A stretch of 64,000 nucleotides of DNA, from positions 9,172 through 73,171 of the forward strand of contig CAZSHM010000003.1 of NCBI GenBank assembly GCA_964606855.1, in the 5' to 3' direction. Numbering within the stretch: the stretch's first letter is position 1; every line of letters starts with the position of its first letter. Of the stretch, positions 18,202 to 27,794 are shown in pieces. Under the pieces are notes generated by a model. That model was not told the DNA's origin. It did not search any database and saw only the letters and a program-made list of their open reading frames with translations. The stretch comes from an uncultured Peptococcaceae bacterium (GTDB taxonomy: Bacteria > Bacillota > Peptococcia > Peptococcales > Peptococcaceae). A program made the position numbers and the translations under genes.

Positions 18202-19356
18202 TTATGCCGTCTGTGCCAGCAGCGCGGCCGCCTCGCGCCGTGCCCACTGATCGATCTCCATCAGATGGGCAAAGCTCTCCACCTCCACCGGCGTGTGCCG
18301 CGCAAGAACCGCCTCCACCAGCGCCGGAATCTGCAGGAATCCCGCCCTGCCCTGCAGAAAAGCGGCGACCGCCACCTCGTTGGCGCCGTTTAAGACCGCG
18401 GGCATGGACTTCCCCGCGCGCCCGGCCCGGTAAGCCAGCCGCAGCGCGGGAAATTTTTCAAGATCCGGCGGGTAGAACTCCAGCCCCGCCAGCCGCGTAA
18501 AGTCCAGCTTCGGAAAGGGACTGCTCTGGCGCGCGGGCCAGGTCAGCGCATACTGGATCGGAATGCGCATATCCGCCGGGCCAAGCTGCGCCAGCACGGA
18601 GCCGTCGCCGTACTGCACCATGGAATGGATCACGCTCTGCGGGTGCACCAGCACCTGAATGTGGTCGTAGTCCACGCCGAAGAGCCAGTTGGCCTCGATG
18701 ACCTCCAGGCCCTTGTTCATCATGGTCGCGGAGTCGACGGTGACCTTGGGCCCCATGGACCAGTTGGGATGCCGCAGTGCCTGCGCCGGAGTCACCCGGC
18801 GCAGGGCTTCTCTGTCCCAGGTGCGGAACGGTCCGCCCGATGCCGTCAGCAGAATCTTGTCCAGGCAGCGGCTCTCCGGCTCGATGCACTGAAAGATGGC
18901 GGAGTGCTCGCTGTCCACGGGCAGAATACGCGCGCCGCCCTTCTGCTGCGCACGCCGCACCAGGCTTCCTCCCGCCACGAGCGTCTCCTTGTTGGCCAGT
19001 GCCAGATCCATGCCGAGCTCCAGCGCCCGGAGCGTCGGCTCGATGCCCGCGGCGCCGCTCATGGCGCCCACCGCCATGTCCGCCGGAAACTCCTCCAGCG
19101 CCCGCAGCACGCCCTCCGTGCCGCTGCGCACCGTCAGGGCGGGATCCGTGTTTTCCGCCGCAAATTTTTCGCAGGCGCCCGCGTCCGTCAGCACCACGCA
19201 GCGCGGATGATAGCGCCGCGCCTGCTCCAGGAGGCGAGGCCAGTTGCTGTGCGCCGCCAAGAGCACAATCTCGAACTGTCCCGGGCAGGCGTCCACCACC
19301 TGCAGCGTCTGTGTGCCGATGGATCCGGTCGAGCCCAGAATCGCCAAGCGTTTCAA
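18202..19356 (-). CDS. dxr: 1-deoxy-D-xylulose 5-phosphate reductoisomerase
   Basis: TTG start. MKRLAILGSTGSIGTQTLQVV..., LANKE, DSEHSAIFQC motifs. Confidence 0.95.
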   Translation of the reverse strand: MKRLAILGSTGSIGTQTLQVVDACPGQFEIVLLAAHSNWPRLLEQARRYHPRCVVLTDAGACEKFAAENTDPALTVRSGTEGVLRALEEFPADMAVGAMSGAAGIEPTLRALELGMDLALANKETLVAGGSLVRRAQQKGGARILPVDSEHSAIFQCIEPESRCLDKILLTASGGPFRTWDREALRRVTPAQALRHPNWSMGPKVTVDSATMMNKGLEVIEANWLFGVDYDHIQVLVHPQSVIHSMVQYGDGSVLAQLGPADMRIPIQYALTWPARQSSPFPKLDFTRLAGLEFYPPDLEKFPALRLAYRAGRAGKSMPAVLNGANEVAVAAFLQGRAGFLQIPALVEAVLARHTPVEVESFAHLMEIDQWARREAAALLAQTA

Positions 19357-19457
19357 TCCACCTTACTCCTCTCCGTCCGCGGGAACGGCGGCGCGCCGCA
19401 TCCGCGCGCCCCTCCGCAGCCATCCTTGCAGTAGAACCATACAACAGCAGAAGCGGA

Positions 19458-20303
19458 TCAATTCCCTCCGAAGCGCAAGAAGAACATCCCCAGATCCGTC
19501 GCGAGGAACTCCGGGGAGACCAGAAACGATGCCAAGAGCATACCGTAGTAGAGCACCGGCGCCGCGAGCATAATGCTGTCGAACCGGTCCAGCACGCCGC
19601 CGTGCCCCGGGATCAGCTTTCCGGAGTCCTTGACACCGTACTGCCGCTTGATCAGACTCTCAATCAGATCGCCGATCTGTCCCACCACCGAGATCGCAAT
19701 CCCCAGAAACACCACCGCGAGCGGCGAGAGCATCTTAAAAAAGAGGTTCAGGACGGCCAGAAGCGCGACGCCCGTCAGCACGCCGCCGATCGCGCCTTCC
19801 ACCGTCTTCTTGGGACTGACGCGCGGACAGAGTTTATGCCGCCCCAGAAAACGGCCCACGAAATAGGCGCCGGAATCGCTGCCCCAGATGGCCACAAAGA
19901 GATAGAGCACCAGCAGGCGCCCGTGTTCCATCTCCGCAAAAGCGATCAGGTGCGCGAACGTCCAGCCGATGTAGATCAGCGCCAGCAGATTGATGGCGAC
20001 ATCCTCCACGGTAAAGTGCGGGTAGCGCAGGATCGCGACCACAAACACGAGGCAGAAGGTGAACAGAATCGCGATAGAGGCCCACGCGCGCCAGCCCAGA
20101 TAACTGCCGAGCAGCATGAGCCATACGCCCAGAAGGACCGGAATCAGCAGGAACTGCTGCCGCACGCCGGCCATTCGGGCAAATTCCCAGAGCCCGATCG
20201 TCGCGAGAACCGCCACCATCAGGGCAAACGGCGCGCCGCCCAGAAAAATGAAAAACAGCAGGATCGGCAGACCCACGATTGCACTCATAATCCGAACCGC
20301 CAT
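19458..20303 (-). CDS. cdsA: phosphatidate cytidylyltransferase
   Basis: The internal ATG at 20303 shares one base with the uppS stop (TGATG). Polytopic protein with a C-terminal GHGGVLDRFDS motif. Confidence 0.9.
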   Translation of the reverse strand: MAVRIMSAIVGLPILLFFIFLGGAPFALMVAVLATIGLWEFARMAGVRQQFLLIPVLLGVWLMLLGSYLGWRAWASIAILFTFCLVFVVAILRYPHFTVEDVAINLLALIYIGWTFAHLIAFAEMEHGRLLVLYLFVAIWGSDSGAYFVGRFLGRHKLCPRVSPKKTVEGAIGGVLTGVALLAVLNLFFKMLSPLAVVFLGIAISVVGQIGDLIESLIKRQYGVKDSGKLIPGHGGVLDRFDSIMLAAPVLYYGMLLASFLVSPEFLATDLGMFFLRFGGN

Positions 20304-21052
20304 CACGCATTTCCCCCTTTTTCCTCTACTCCGCCGTAACGGCGATCCCGGTTCTGATAGTCCCAGATGGCCTCCCAGAGATCCTCCTTGCTGAAATCCG
20401 GCCAGAGCACATCGGTCACCCAGATCTCGCTGTACGCGATCTGCCACAGCAGGAAATTGCTGACCCGCAGTTCCCCGGAGGAGCGGATCAGCAGATCGGG
20501 ATCCGGCTGCCCGCCGGTGTAGAGGTAGCCGGCGAAACGCGCCTCGTCGATCTCCTCCGGCGCGAGCGCGCCCCGCTGCACATCCGCGCAGACGGCCCGG
20601 ACCGCCCGCACGATCTCCTGCCGCCCGCCGTAATTCAGGGCGACATTGAGGATCAGGCGGTTGTTCTCCCGCGTGCGCGCCTCCGCATAGCGGATCTTCT
20701 CGCAGGCGCCGCCGCGCAGGGCGCTGATCTCCCCGATCGGCACCACCCGCACGCCCTTCTCCTGCAGATAATCCAGTTCCTGATCGATGAACTCGATCAT
20801 CAGATCCATCAGCGCCTGCACCTCGTCGGCCGGGCGCTTCCAGTTCTCCGTGGAGAATGCGTAGACCGTCAGGTACTGGACGTCCAGCTCATCCAGGGCG
20901 ATGAGCAGCCGTTTCAGCGCCTGCACGCCGACGCGGTGTCCGGCGGTGCGCGCCAGACCCCGCTTTTGAGCCCAGCGCCCGTTGCCGTCCATGATCACCG
21001 CGATATGTTTCGGCATCGGTCTCTGCCGCAATTGTTCCAATGTCACTTTCAT
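20303..21052 (-). CDS. uppS: isoprenyl transferase (undecaprenyl diphosphate synthase)
   Basis: ATG at 21052 with GGGGGAG upstream. HIAVIMDGNGRWA, FSTENWKRP and RTSGE-like SSGELRVSNFLLWQ motifs. Confidence 0.93.
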   Translation of the reverse strand: MKVTLEQLRQRPMPKHIAVIMDGNGRWAQKRGLARTAGHRVGVQALKRLLIALDELDVQYLTVYAFSTENWKRPADEVQALMDLMIEFIDQELDYLQEKGVRVVPIGEISALRGGACEKIRYAEARTRENNRLILNVALNYGGRQEIVRAVRAVCADVQRGALAPEEIDEARFAGYLYTGGQPDPDLLIRSSGELRVSNFLLWQIAYSEIWVTDVLWPDFSKEDLWEAIWDYQNRDRRYGGVEEKGGNA

Positions 21053-21172
21053 AGGATACTCCCCCCGGCCGCGGCATGCGGCCGCACGTTTTCTGCTCTG
21101 CGACTTCCGCCTGCGCCTCCCTGCGCCGCGCCCTCCAGATGGGCGCGCGCCCCCGGCCTTTGCAGTCATTTC

Positions 21173-21201
21173 ATTTTACCATTCCCCGCGCCTTTTTTCA
21201 A
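21173..21201 (-). promoter_or_regulatory. promoter of the uppS...polC cluster
   Basis: Minus strand TTGAAA, 17 nt, TAAAAT, about 120 nt upstream of uppS. Confidence 0.55.
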
Positions 21202-21362
21202 TGCATTTATGCGCGCGATCCTCTGCCCTACCACATTGCAACGCGTGTGAGCCTGAATGGCTCCATCTGTGTGGCGATCCCCGCCCCGCTCAGCGGCCGC
21301 GGACATCCAAATCCGGCTGCAGATCGCCGCCGGCAAAGTTCCGCGCCGCTTCGATTTCTCTC

Positions 21363-21391
21363 TTGTCAGGCGCGCCTCGATCCTGTATAGT
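21363..21391 (+). promoter_or_regulatory. promoter of cinA
   Basis: TTGTCA, 17 nt, TATAGT, about 90 nt upstream of the ATG. Confidence 0.5.
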
Positions 21392-21479
21392 AAGAGCGAG
21401 GCAGGCGCCCCGCGCGCCCCGCCCCGACAGATCCGAGGCGCCGGATGCGTCCGCCGCCGGCACAGAAAGGAGCAATCCC

Positions 21480-22793
21480 ATGTCTGAGAAAACAACTTCC
21501 TCTCCCGCCAAGCCGCCCGTCTCCGCCGAGATCCTCTGCATCGGCACGGAGCTGCTGCTCGGCGAGATTGTCAACACCAACGCCACCTATCTCTCGCGCC
21601 GGCTGGCACGGCTGGGCATCCGCGTCTACCACCACAGCGCGGTGGGCGACAACCCCGAACGCCTGGCCCGGGCGCTCGACGTCGCGCTCTCGCGCAGCGA
21701 TCTGGTCCTCACCACGGGCGGGCTGGGCCCCACCTGCGACGACCTCAGCAAGGAAGTCATCGCCGCGCACTTCGGCCGCGCGCTCGTCCTCCATCCGCCG
21801 TCGCTGGAGCGGCTGGAGGCCTTCTTCGCCGACCGCGGCACGGCATGGACCGAGAACAACAAGAAACAGGCCTACCAGCCGGAAGGCGCCGTCATCTTCC
21901 CAAATCCGAGCGGCACCGCGCCCGGCGCGGCGATCGAGCAGGACGGCAAAACCGTCATTCTCCTGCCCGGCCCGCCGCGCGAGTTGACCCTGATGTTCGA
22001 GACGGAGGTCGAACCGTACCTGCGCCGGTTTGCCGGCCCCGGCATCGTCTCCAGGGAGCTGCGCCTGTTCGGCATCGGCGAATCCGCGGTGGAGACGCTG
22101 CTGCGCCCGCTGATGACCACACAGACCAACCCCACCCTGGCACCCTACGCCCAGGAAGGCGAGGTGATGCTGCGCCTGACCGCCAGCGCGCCCAGCGAAG
22201 CGGAGGCCTATGCCAGGATGGAACCGCTGGAGCGGGAGATCGAACGCCTGGTGGGGCCGTACATCTACGGCGTGGACGTGCCCGACCTGCAGACGGCTCT
22301 GGTGCGCTATCTCCTGGAGCACCGGATCCGCGTGGCGGCGGCGGAGAGCTGCACCGGAGGGCTCATCTCCAAGTGCATCACCGACGTGCCCGGTTCCTCC
22401 GAGATCTATCCCGGCGGCGTCTGCTCCTACTCCAACGAGCGGAAGATGCAGTGGCTGGGCGTCTCCCCCGAGACGCTGGCCGCCCACGGCGCCGTCTCCG
22501 CCGAGACGGCTCTGGAGATGGCGCATGGGATCCGCCGCGCCACCGGCGCCGATCTGGGCGTCAGCACGACCGGCGTGGCCGGCCCCGGCGGCGGCACCGC
22601 GGAGAAACCGGTAGGCCTGGTCTATGTGGCCGTGGCCGGAGAAACCCTGCAGAAGGTGGACGAACTGCACATCCGCTACGGCGCGCAGACCAGCCGCGAC
22701 TTGATCCGGAACCGCGCCGCCAAGCACGCGCTGCACCTGCTGCTCACCGCGGCGAAGACCCTGGCCGGAGAGGGGCCGCAGACGCCGCAATGA
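21480..22793 (+). CDS. cinA: competence/damage-inducible protein CinA (MoCF-binding domain plus PncC-type nicotinamide-nucleotide amidase domain)
   Basis: AAAGGAG RBS. AEILCIGTELLLGEIVNTNATYLSRRLARLGI..., C-terminal AAAESCTGGLISKCITDVPGSS. Confidence 0.92.
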   Translation: MSEKTTSSPAKPPVSAEILCIGTELLLGEIVNTNATYLSRRLARLGIRVYHHSAVGDNPERLARALDVALSRSDLVLTTGGLGPTCDDLSKEVIAAHFGRALVLHPPSLERLEAFFADRGTAWTENNKKQAYQPEGAVIFPNPSGTAPGAAIEQDGKTVILLPGPPRELTLMFETEVEPYLRRFAGPGIVSRELRLFGIGESAVETLLRPLMTTQTNPTLAPYAQEGEVMLRLTASAPSEAEAYARMEPLEREIERLVGPYIYGVDVPDLQTALVRYLLEHRIRVAAAESCTGGLISKCITDVPGSSEIYPGGVCSYSNERKMQWLGVSPETLAAHGAVSAETALEMAHGIRRATGADLGVSTTGVAGPGGGTAEKPVGLVYVAVAGETLQKVDELHIRYGAQTSRDLIRNRAAKHALHLLLTAAKTLAGEGPQTPQ

Positions 22794-22810
22794 GCGGCGG
22801 ACGCGCAAAA

Positions 22811-22853
22811 AGAGGGCGCCGCGGGATCCCGGATCGGCCCTGCAGCGCCCTCT
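22811..22853. terminator. hairpin between convergent cinA and the AP-family gene
   Basis: AGAGGGCGC / GCGCCCTCT 9-bp stem flanked by an A-run and a T-rich tract. Confidence 0.4.
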
Positions 22854-22904
22854 CTTCCTCTATTTCTTCTCCCTTATTTCTTCTCCCTCAGACACAGCTC
22901 CGGG

Positions 22905-24983
22905 TCAAAACGCTTCCTCCAGGATCTGATAGATCGGCGCGCCCTCACACTGCGCGGGCAGTCTGACCCCGGCTAAGACGCAGCAGGTCGGCGCCAGATC
23001 GACCTGACGGATCCAGCGGTCCGTCTCCTCGCCCTTCTTGATCCCCGGCCCGGCGGCGATGAAAATCGGGGAGGACGATGTGTAGCCGGCGCCATAGGTC
23101 GTAGACAGGCTGTCCGTGTGGTCATAGTTGTATCCCTCTGCGACCCAGACGCAGATATCGCCCGCGGTCGGCCCGCCGTAGCCGAGCAGAATCGCGTCCT
23201 TGTTGCGCAGCGCTAGGGCGACCACGCGTTTCCCGGTATCCGGATGCTTGTATCCGTACAGGTCGGTGATGATCTGCTCCTCCAGCTCGTACTGATCCTC
23301 GGGATCCACGATTCCGTGCGCCTCCCGGCCTTTCAGGTTGATGAAGATATCGTTGCCCATGGATTGGATCGCCCGGGTCTTGCTCCAGTCGATCTTCCGA
23401 ATTCTGTTCCCGTTCTCATCTCTCTGCAGCACCGTGTATCCCAGTTCCTCCATCAGACCCACATTCACGCCGCACATATCCCCGATGGCCGGCGGAATGT
23501 GGTACGGCGCGACCTGCGCATGGTCGGACGTGATCAGGATCGTCCAGCCCTCGTCCAGATAATGGAGCAGCGCGCCGACATAGCGGTCGACCTGCTGATA
23601 GAGGCGCAGCATCCACGCGGCATACACGGATTCCTCGTGCTGGTTGAAGCCGATATCGTGCATATGGCGGATGAATGTGTGCTCCACAAAGTCCACGGAG
23701 TGCAGATGGCTGAAGATTGCCTCGATCCCTTCACTCTCGATCATGTAGTCGATCGTCTTGATATACCAGTCGACCACATTGTCCCACACTTCGATCATGG
23801 CCTCCTGGGAATCCGCATCCTGCGTGTAGATCTGGGACTGCGGCGGGAACGGACCCACGTTCTCGAACAATTCTTTGGCCAGACGCTTCGGATGCAGCAC
23901 GCCGTCGTAATCGATGTCCATGGCCGCGGAGAGATACAGTTTCAGCTCACTGCCGTCCTCCTTCAGGCTCATCAGCTTATAGTGCCGGGTCGCGCGGTAG
24001 GTCTTGTCGTCCGAGATCACGTCGTCCAGAATGTTGTAGACCATTTTCCCGACCTTGCAGGTCGCCATCGGCACCGTGTCTTTCTTGGACTTGTAGACCT
24101 GCACCGTGTCATACACGCCGTCCTTGTTCTTCAGGATCAGGCCCAGGCGGCGAATCAGGCCGCCGCAGATCAGGATGGTGAACTCCTTCGCGCCCTCCGG
24201 AGCGGCCGCCCAGCCCTTCGCGGGTTTGATCGGAGAGATCGCGTTGTTCAGGTTCTGGTTGAAGTCGCCCGCGCGGGTGCCGAAGCCCTCCGCATCGTTC
24301 ATGACAAGATTGATCGTGTCCACGTTGTTCTCTTCGATCATCTTCTTCATTTCTTCGTTGTTGTACAGGTTCAGCATCTGCTGCATGCCGACGGCGGTGT
24401 CCGTCGCGCGGAGTGTCTCCTCAGGAAGTTTGGTGATCACGCAGGGCGCGACCGCGTCCGCGACTTTCTTCGCGACAAAGGTCGGTGCCTCGAATTTTTC
24501 ACTCGCGCCCACGAACAGCTCCGTATCCACCTGCATGGCGGCCGAACCGACCGATCCGGGCGCGGAGCCGTCGATCACGAACAGTTCCTCGCGGTCGCTG
24601 GTCGGCGGCCAGGCTCCGCCCGGCCAGTGGAAGACCAGGGTTTTCTTGCCCGCCTCGACAAAGCAGTTCCACATGGGTTCCGCTTTTACCAGACGGGAGT
24701 CTACATTGTAAGAACTCTGGTTGATCTTCCCCGGAACCGTCCGGCTGAACTGGGTGATGCCGTGCGTGCACGGGTTCGCCCCGGTGGCCAGCGTGGTCCA
24801 CTGCGGCGGCGTGACCGTCGGCTGGGAGCCCAGCATGACCAGATCATGCCGCTGGCAGCCGCGCTCAATCAATGTCTTGAAATTCGGCAGCAGCCCCTCA
24901 TCCACATACTTTCTGGTCAGGCGCGGATCCAAGCCGTCCACGCCCAGAACCATAATCTTCTCTGTAGAAGCTTTTCTCTCCAT
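22905..24983 (-). CDS. alkaline-phosphatase-superfamily enzyme (type I phosphodiesterase/nucleotide pyrophosphatase-like), about 692 aa, no signal peptide (copy A)
   Basis: GAGGAG RBS. VLGVDGLDP, LPNFKTL, nucleophile region QPTVTPPQWTTLATGANPCTHGI, distal ILITSDHA motif. Paralog of 46045..48162. Confidence 0.8.
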   Translation of the reverse strand: MERKASTEKIMVLGVDGLDPRLTRKYVDEGLLPNFKTLIERGCQRHDLVMLGSQPTVTPPQWTTLATGANPCTHGITQFSRTVPGKINQSSYNVDSRLVKAEPMWNCFVEAGKKTLVFHWPGGAWPPTSDREELFVIDGSAPGSVGSAAMQVDTELFVGASEKFEAPTFVAKKVADAVAPCVITKLPEETLRATDTAVGMQQMLNLYNNEEMKKMIEENNVDTINLVMNDAEGFGTRAGDFNQNLNNAISPIKPAKGWAAAPEGAKEFTILICGGLIRRLGLILKNKDGVYDTVQVYKSKKDTVPMATCKVGKMVYNILDDVISDDKTYRATRHYKLMSLKEDGSELKLYLSAAMDIDYDGVLHPKRLAKELFENVGPFPPQSQIYTQDADSQEAMIEVWDNVVDWYIKTIDYMIESEGIEAIFSHLHSVDFVEHTFIRHMHDIGFNQHEESVYAAWMLRLYQQVDRYVGALLHYLDEGWTILITSDHAQVAPYHIPPAIGDMCGVNVGLMEELGYTVLQRDENGNRIRKIDWSKTRAIQSMGNDIFINLKGREAHGIVDPEDQYELEEQIITDLYGYKHPDTGKRVVALALRNKDAILLGYGGPTAGDICVWVAEGYNYDHTDSLSTTYGAGYTSSSPIFIAAGPGIKKGEETDRWIRQVDLAPTCCVLAGVRLPAQCEGAPIYQILEEAF

Positions 24984-25041
24984 AAAACTCGCTCCTCTCC
25001 TCAATGGATCTTGTAAGGGAAACGGATATAGAAACGGATGT

Positions 25042-26493
25042 CTACGCCAGCAGGTAGTAGGGGATCAGCACAGCCATCAGCAGCAGAACCCCGTAGACCA
25101 TCAGCGCGGGCGTCCATTTATAGCACGTCACCGGTTTCAGTGATTCGCTGGAGTGCAGCAGGGCGCCCGGCAGGGAAGCCGCCGGCGTGAGATACGCGAC
25201 AAACACGCTGGAAAGGGAGATGATGACCGCGGCCGCCGTGATGTTGACATCGAACCCGTTGTTGTACATCGCGCAGACCAAGTTGATCATGACAAAGCAC
25301 ACTGCGATGTTGTTCCCGATGTTTGTCAGAAGGATGGTGACCAGTGCCAGCACAAACATGAAGAAGATTCCGCCGTTGTTGAACAGCGGCATCAGCAATC
25401 CTGCCAGCCAGCTGCTGATGCCCGTCTCCTCGCTGGTCAGAACCGTCGAGATCAAGAGGGCGATCGCGATCAGCATCAGCATATCCCACTGGAAGTCCGC
25501 TGCCGCTTTCTTCATGTCCAGAACCGGCTGCCCGTCCACCCGCCACGCGATCACAAACAGCCACAGAATCACCATCAGGCCCAGCACGCCCATCTGTACG
25601 TTGAGCCAGCCCAGAGCCTGGAACAGGTTGCCGAACATGCTGACCAGAACCACCAGGACGACGAAGATCACGACGGACCACACCGCGATCTTCTGCCGCA
25701 GATTCATCTTGGACTCCTGGGAAACCGGGAAGGTGGCCGCCACATCAACCGTCGCCAGTTTGTCGAATTTGCAGCCGCAAAGTTTCATCAGGAGCGGGTA
25801 GGTGAGCATCGCCACGGCGATCAAAAGAAGCATCAGGCCCATATACGCGTTGTAGGAGATCGGAACCTGCGTGAGCTGCATCATCGTGCCGGCCGTCATC
25901 AGGCTCCATCCCATAAAGGGAAAGATGCTCATCCCCATCTGCCCGGCCATCAGACAGCCCGCCAGGAAGAAATAATTGAATTTGTCGCCTTTCTCATAGC
26001 CGCACTTCAGCAGCATGCTGTTCATCAGCGGCAGCAGGGCAAAGTACAGGAACCAGACAATTCCCACGACATTGCCGACGATAAAAATCAGGAAGAAAAT
26101 CTCTAACATCATGACCGGGCTCTTTCGGATCAGCTTGCTGCTGAGCAGTTTCGCGATGATGTAATCCCCCGCGCCGGACTGCTGCACCGCCATGAAGGCC
26201 AGCACGCCGACGAGCATCATCAGCACCGTGCTGTTGCTGAACATCGCGACAAACACATCCTGGCAGCTGCCGTACCCGGTCGTCGCCAGCGCCACCGCCC
26301 CAAACAAGCTGGGAATCAGGAGTCCGATGAACGTCCAGCCGTAAACCAACCCGACAAAGACACCCGCCACAGCCATCCCGTACTCTGTCACACTCCCAGG
26401 AGGCGGCAGCAGACGGAACCCGAACGTCAGCAGAACCATCACGGTAAAATGGATCGCGTACTTGCTGACGCTTTTCTTTTTTACTTCCGACAT
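25042..26493 (-). CDS. polytopic permease, ion-transporter-superfamily-like (copy A)
   Basis: 483 aa with roughly 12-14 hydrophobic segments and a GAGGGGA RBS. Clear paralog of 41640..43121. The family call is by pattern only. Confidence 0.7.
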   Translation of the reverse strand: MSEVKKKSVSKYAIHFTVMVLLTFGFRLLPPPGSVTEYGMAVAGVFVGLVYGWTFIGLLIPSLFGAVALATTGYGSCQDVFVAMFSNSTVLMMLVGVLAFMAVQQSGAGDYIIAKLLSSKLIRKSPVMMLEIFFLIFIVGNVVGIVWFLYFALLPLMNSMLLKCGYEKGDKFNYFFLAGCLMAGQMGMSIFPFMGWSLMTAGTMMQLTQVPISYNAYMGLMLLLIAVAMLTYPLLMKLCGCKFDKLATVDVAATFPVSQESKMNLRQKIAVWSVVIFVVLVVLVSMFGNLFQALGWLNVQMGVLGLMVILWLFVIAWRVDGQPVLDMKKAAADFQWDMLMLIAIALLISTVLTSEETGISSWLAGLLMPLFNNGGIFFMFVLALVTILLTNIGNNIAVCFVMINLVCAMYNNGFDVNITAAAVIISLSSVFVAYLTPAASLPGALLHSSESLKPVTCYKWTPALMVYGVLLLMAVLIPYYLLA

Positions 26494-26777
26494 CGTAAAT
26501 ATCCCCTCTCTCTAGGAATCCCCGCGCATCTGTTTTCAGAACACCCTTCCGCCCGGCACAAGGGCGGCCAGAAACCTGGCGCTGAAGCGTTCCCCCCGCT
26601 TTGTACCCGCATTTCTTCCGCATACGGATCATGATTGGAAAAATTCCGACCTGCTCGGCCTGCCGGGCTTATGGATTGCCGCTTTTCCCCCCCCATGGAC
26701 CTCCCTCCTCGTATCCTCCATTTCAGCTGCTCTAGTGCATTTCTCGATCCGCATGCGCCGGCAGAGCCTTCACCTCC

Positions 26778-27773
26778 TCAGAGCCGCGCGGAATGCATGC
26801 AGGGCAGAACATTCCAGAGATACCCGTGATAGCGGAAACTGCGGACGGCTTTCTCCTTTCCTGTCGCCTCCAGCTCCTGCAGCCACGCCGCATACTTCTC
26901 CCGCGGCACGGCGGGCGGCAGGCGTTTCATCGCCTGCACAATCTCCAGGAACGGTTCGTTGTAGTAGCGCTCCAGCAGCTCCTGAAACTGCCGGCGTCCG
27001 GTATCCAGATCCCCGTAGGTGCCGGCGTAGTAGTCCTGCCGGAGGATCGGCGTGACGACCTTCCCCTCCGCGATCGCCTGGTTCCGCTGCTCGATGGTTT
27101 TCGTCTCAAAGGCGTTCCGCTTGTAGGAGATCGCCCCGTTCTGCACATAGGCGAACCCGCTGTAACTGCGCTTGTAATAATTGTATTCCAGGATATCCTC
27201 CTCCATCTTTCGGTACTCGTCCGCCAGCCAGTTCATCCAGTAGGCATAACCCTCCCGGGTCAGATGCTTCATGGTCAGCGCGTCCAGTGCCAGGCCCCGC
27301 AGGATCTCGAGCGCCACCCGGTCAAAGGTGTTCTCGGCCTCGTTCTTGGCCCGGAGCAGGATGGGCATCGCTTTGTCATCGGCCGGATAAGCGGAGAGAT
27401 CCTCCATGGCGGAAAAGTAGCACTTCGGGTAGTCCTCCCGCAGGGTGTAGGCCGTCTGGCGCTTGAACTTCTGCCGGATTTCGTCCCGGGCGCCCGCCAG
27501 GACATTGCACCGCATCACAAAATATCTGGGCGGGGTCGGATAGACGCTGCGCAGGATGCAGTTCGCGATGAATTTGTTCATGGAGCGCTCCGTGCTGCTG
27601 ATATAGTACTTGATCTTCCCGGACTCGATGAACGCGCTCCCGTAGCAGGCGAACTCCTCCTCCATAAACCCGCTGTTGATCAGTTCCTTCGACTGCGCGG
27701 CCGCGATCGCGTCGTGGTCCAGATCCTGGGTCAGCATATCATGCTCCGCTTCCAACATTGCCACGGTTCTCAC
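26778..27773 (-). CDS. hypothetical protein, Tyr/Trp-rich, no recognised domain
   Basis: Long non-shadow ORF inside the operon with plausible codon usage. The start is ambiguous: GTG 27773, GTG 27764 (best SD spacing), or ATG 27758. Confidence 0.6.
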   Translation of the reverse strand: MRTVAMLEAEHDMLTQDLDHDAIAAAQSKELINSGFMEEEFACYGSAFIESGKIKYYISSTERSMNKFIANCILRSVYPTPPRYFVMRCNVLAGARDEIRQKFKRQTAYTLREDYPKCYFSAMEDLSAYPADDKAMPILLRAKNEAENTFDRVALEILRGLALDALTMKHLTREGYAYWMNWLADEYRKMEEDILEYNYYKRSYSGFAYVQNGAISYKRNAFETKTIEQRNQAIAEGKVVTPILRQDYYAGTYGDLDTGRRQFQELLERYYNEPFLEIVQAMKRLPPAVPREKYAAWLQELEATGKEKAVRSFRYHGYLWNVLPCMHSARL

Positions 27774-27794
27774 CTCCCAGTGTTCTGTCCGCGC

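Noticed and set aside
20982-21479. Upstream extension of the cinA ORF (603 aa version), and likewise the long N-terminal extensions of the uppS, cdsA, hemA, groEL, pyrH and miaB ORFs
   Set aside because: Internal ATGs with good Shine-Dalgarno sequences coincide with the conserved N-termini of these families. The extensions are low-complexity and overlap upstream genes or promoters.
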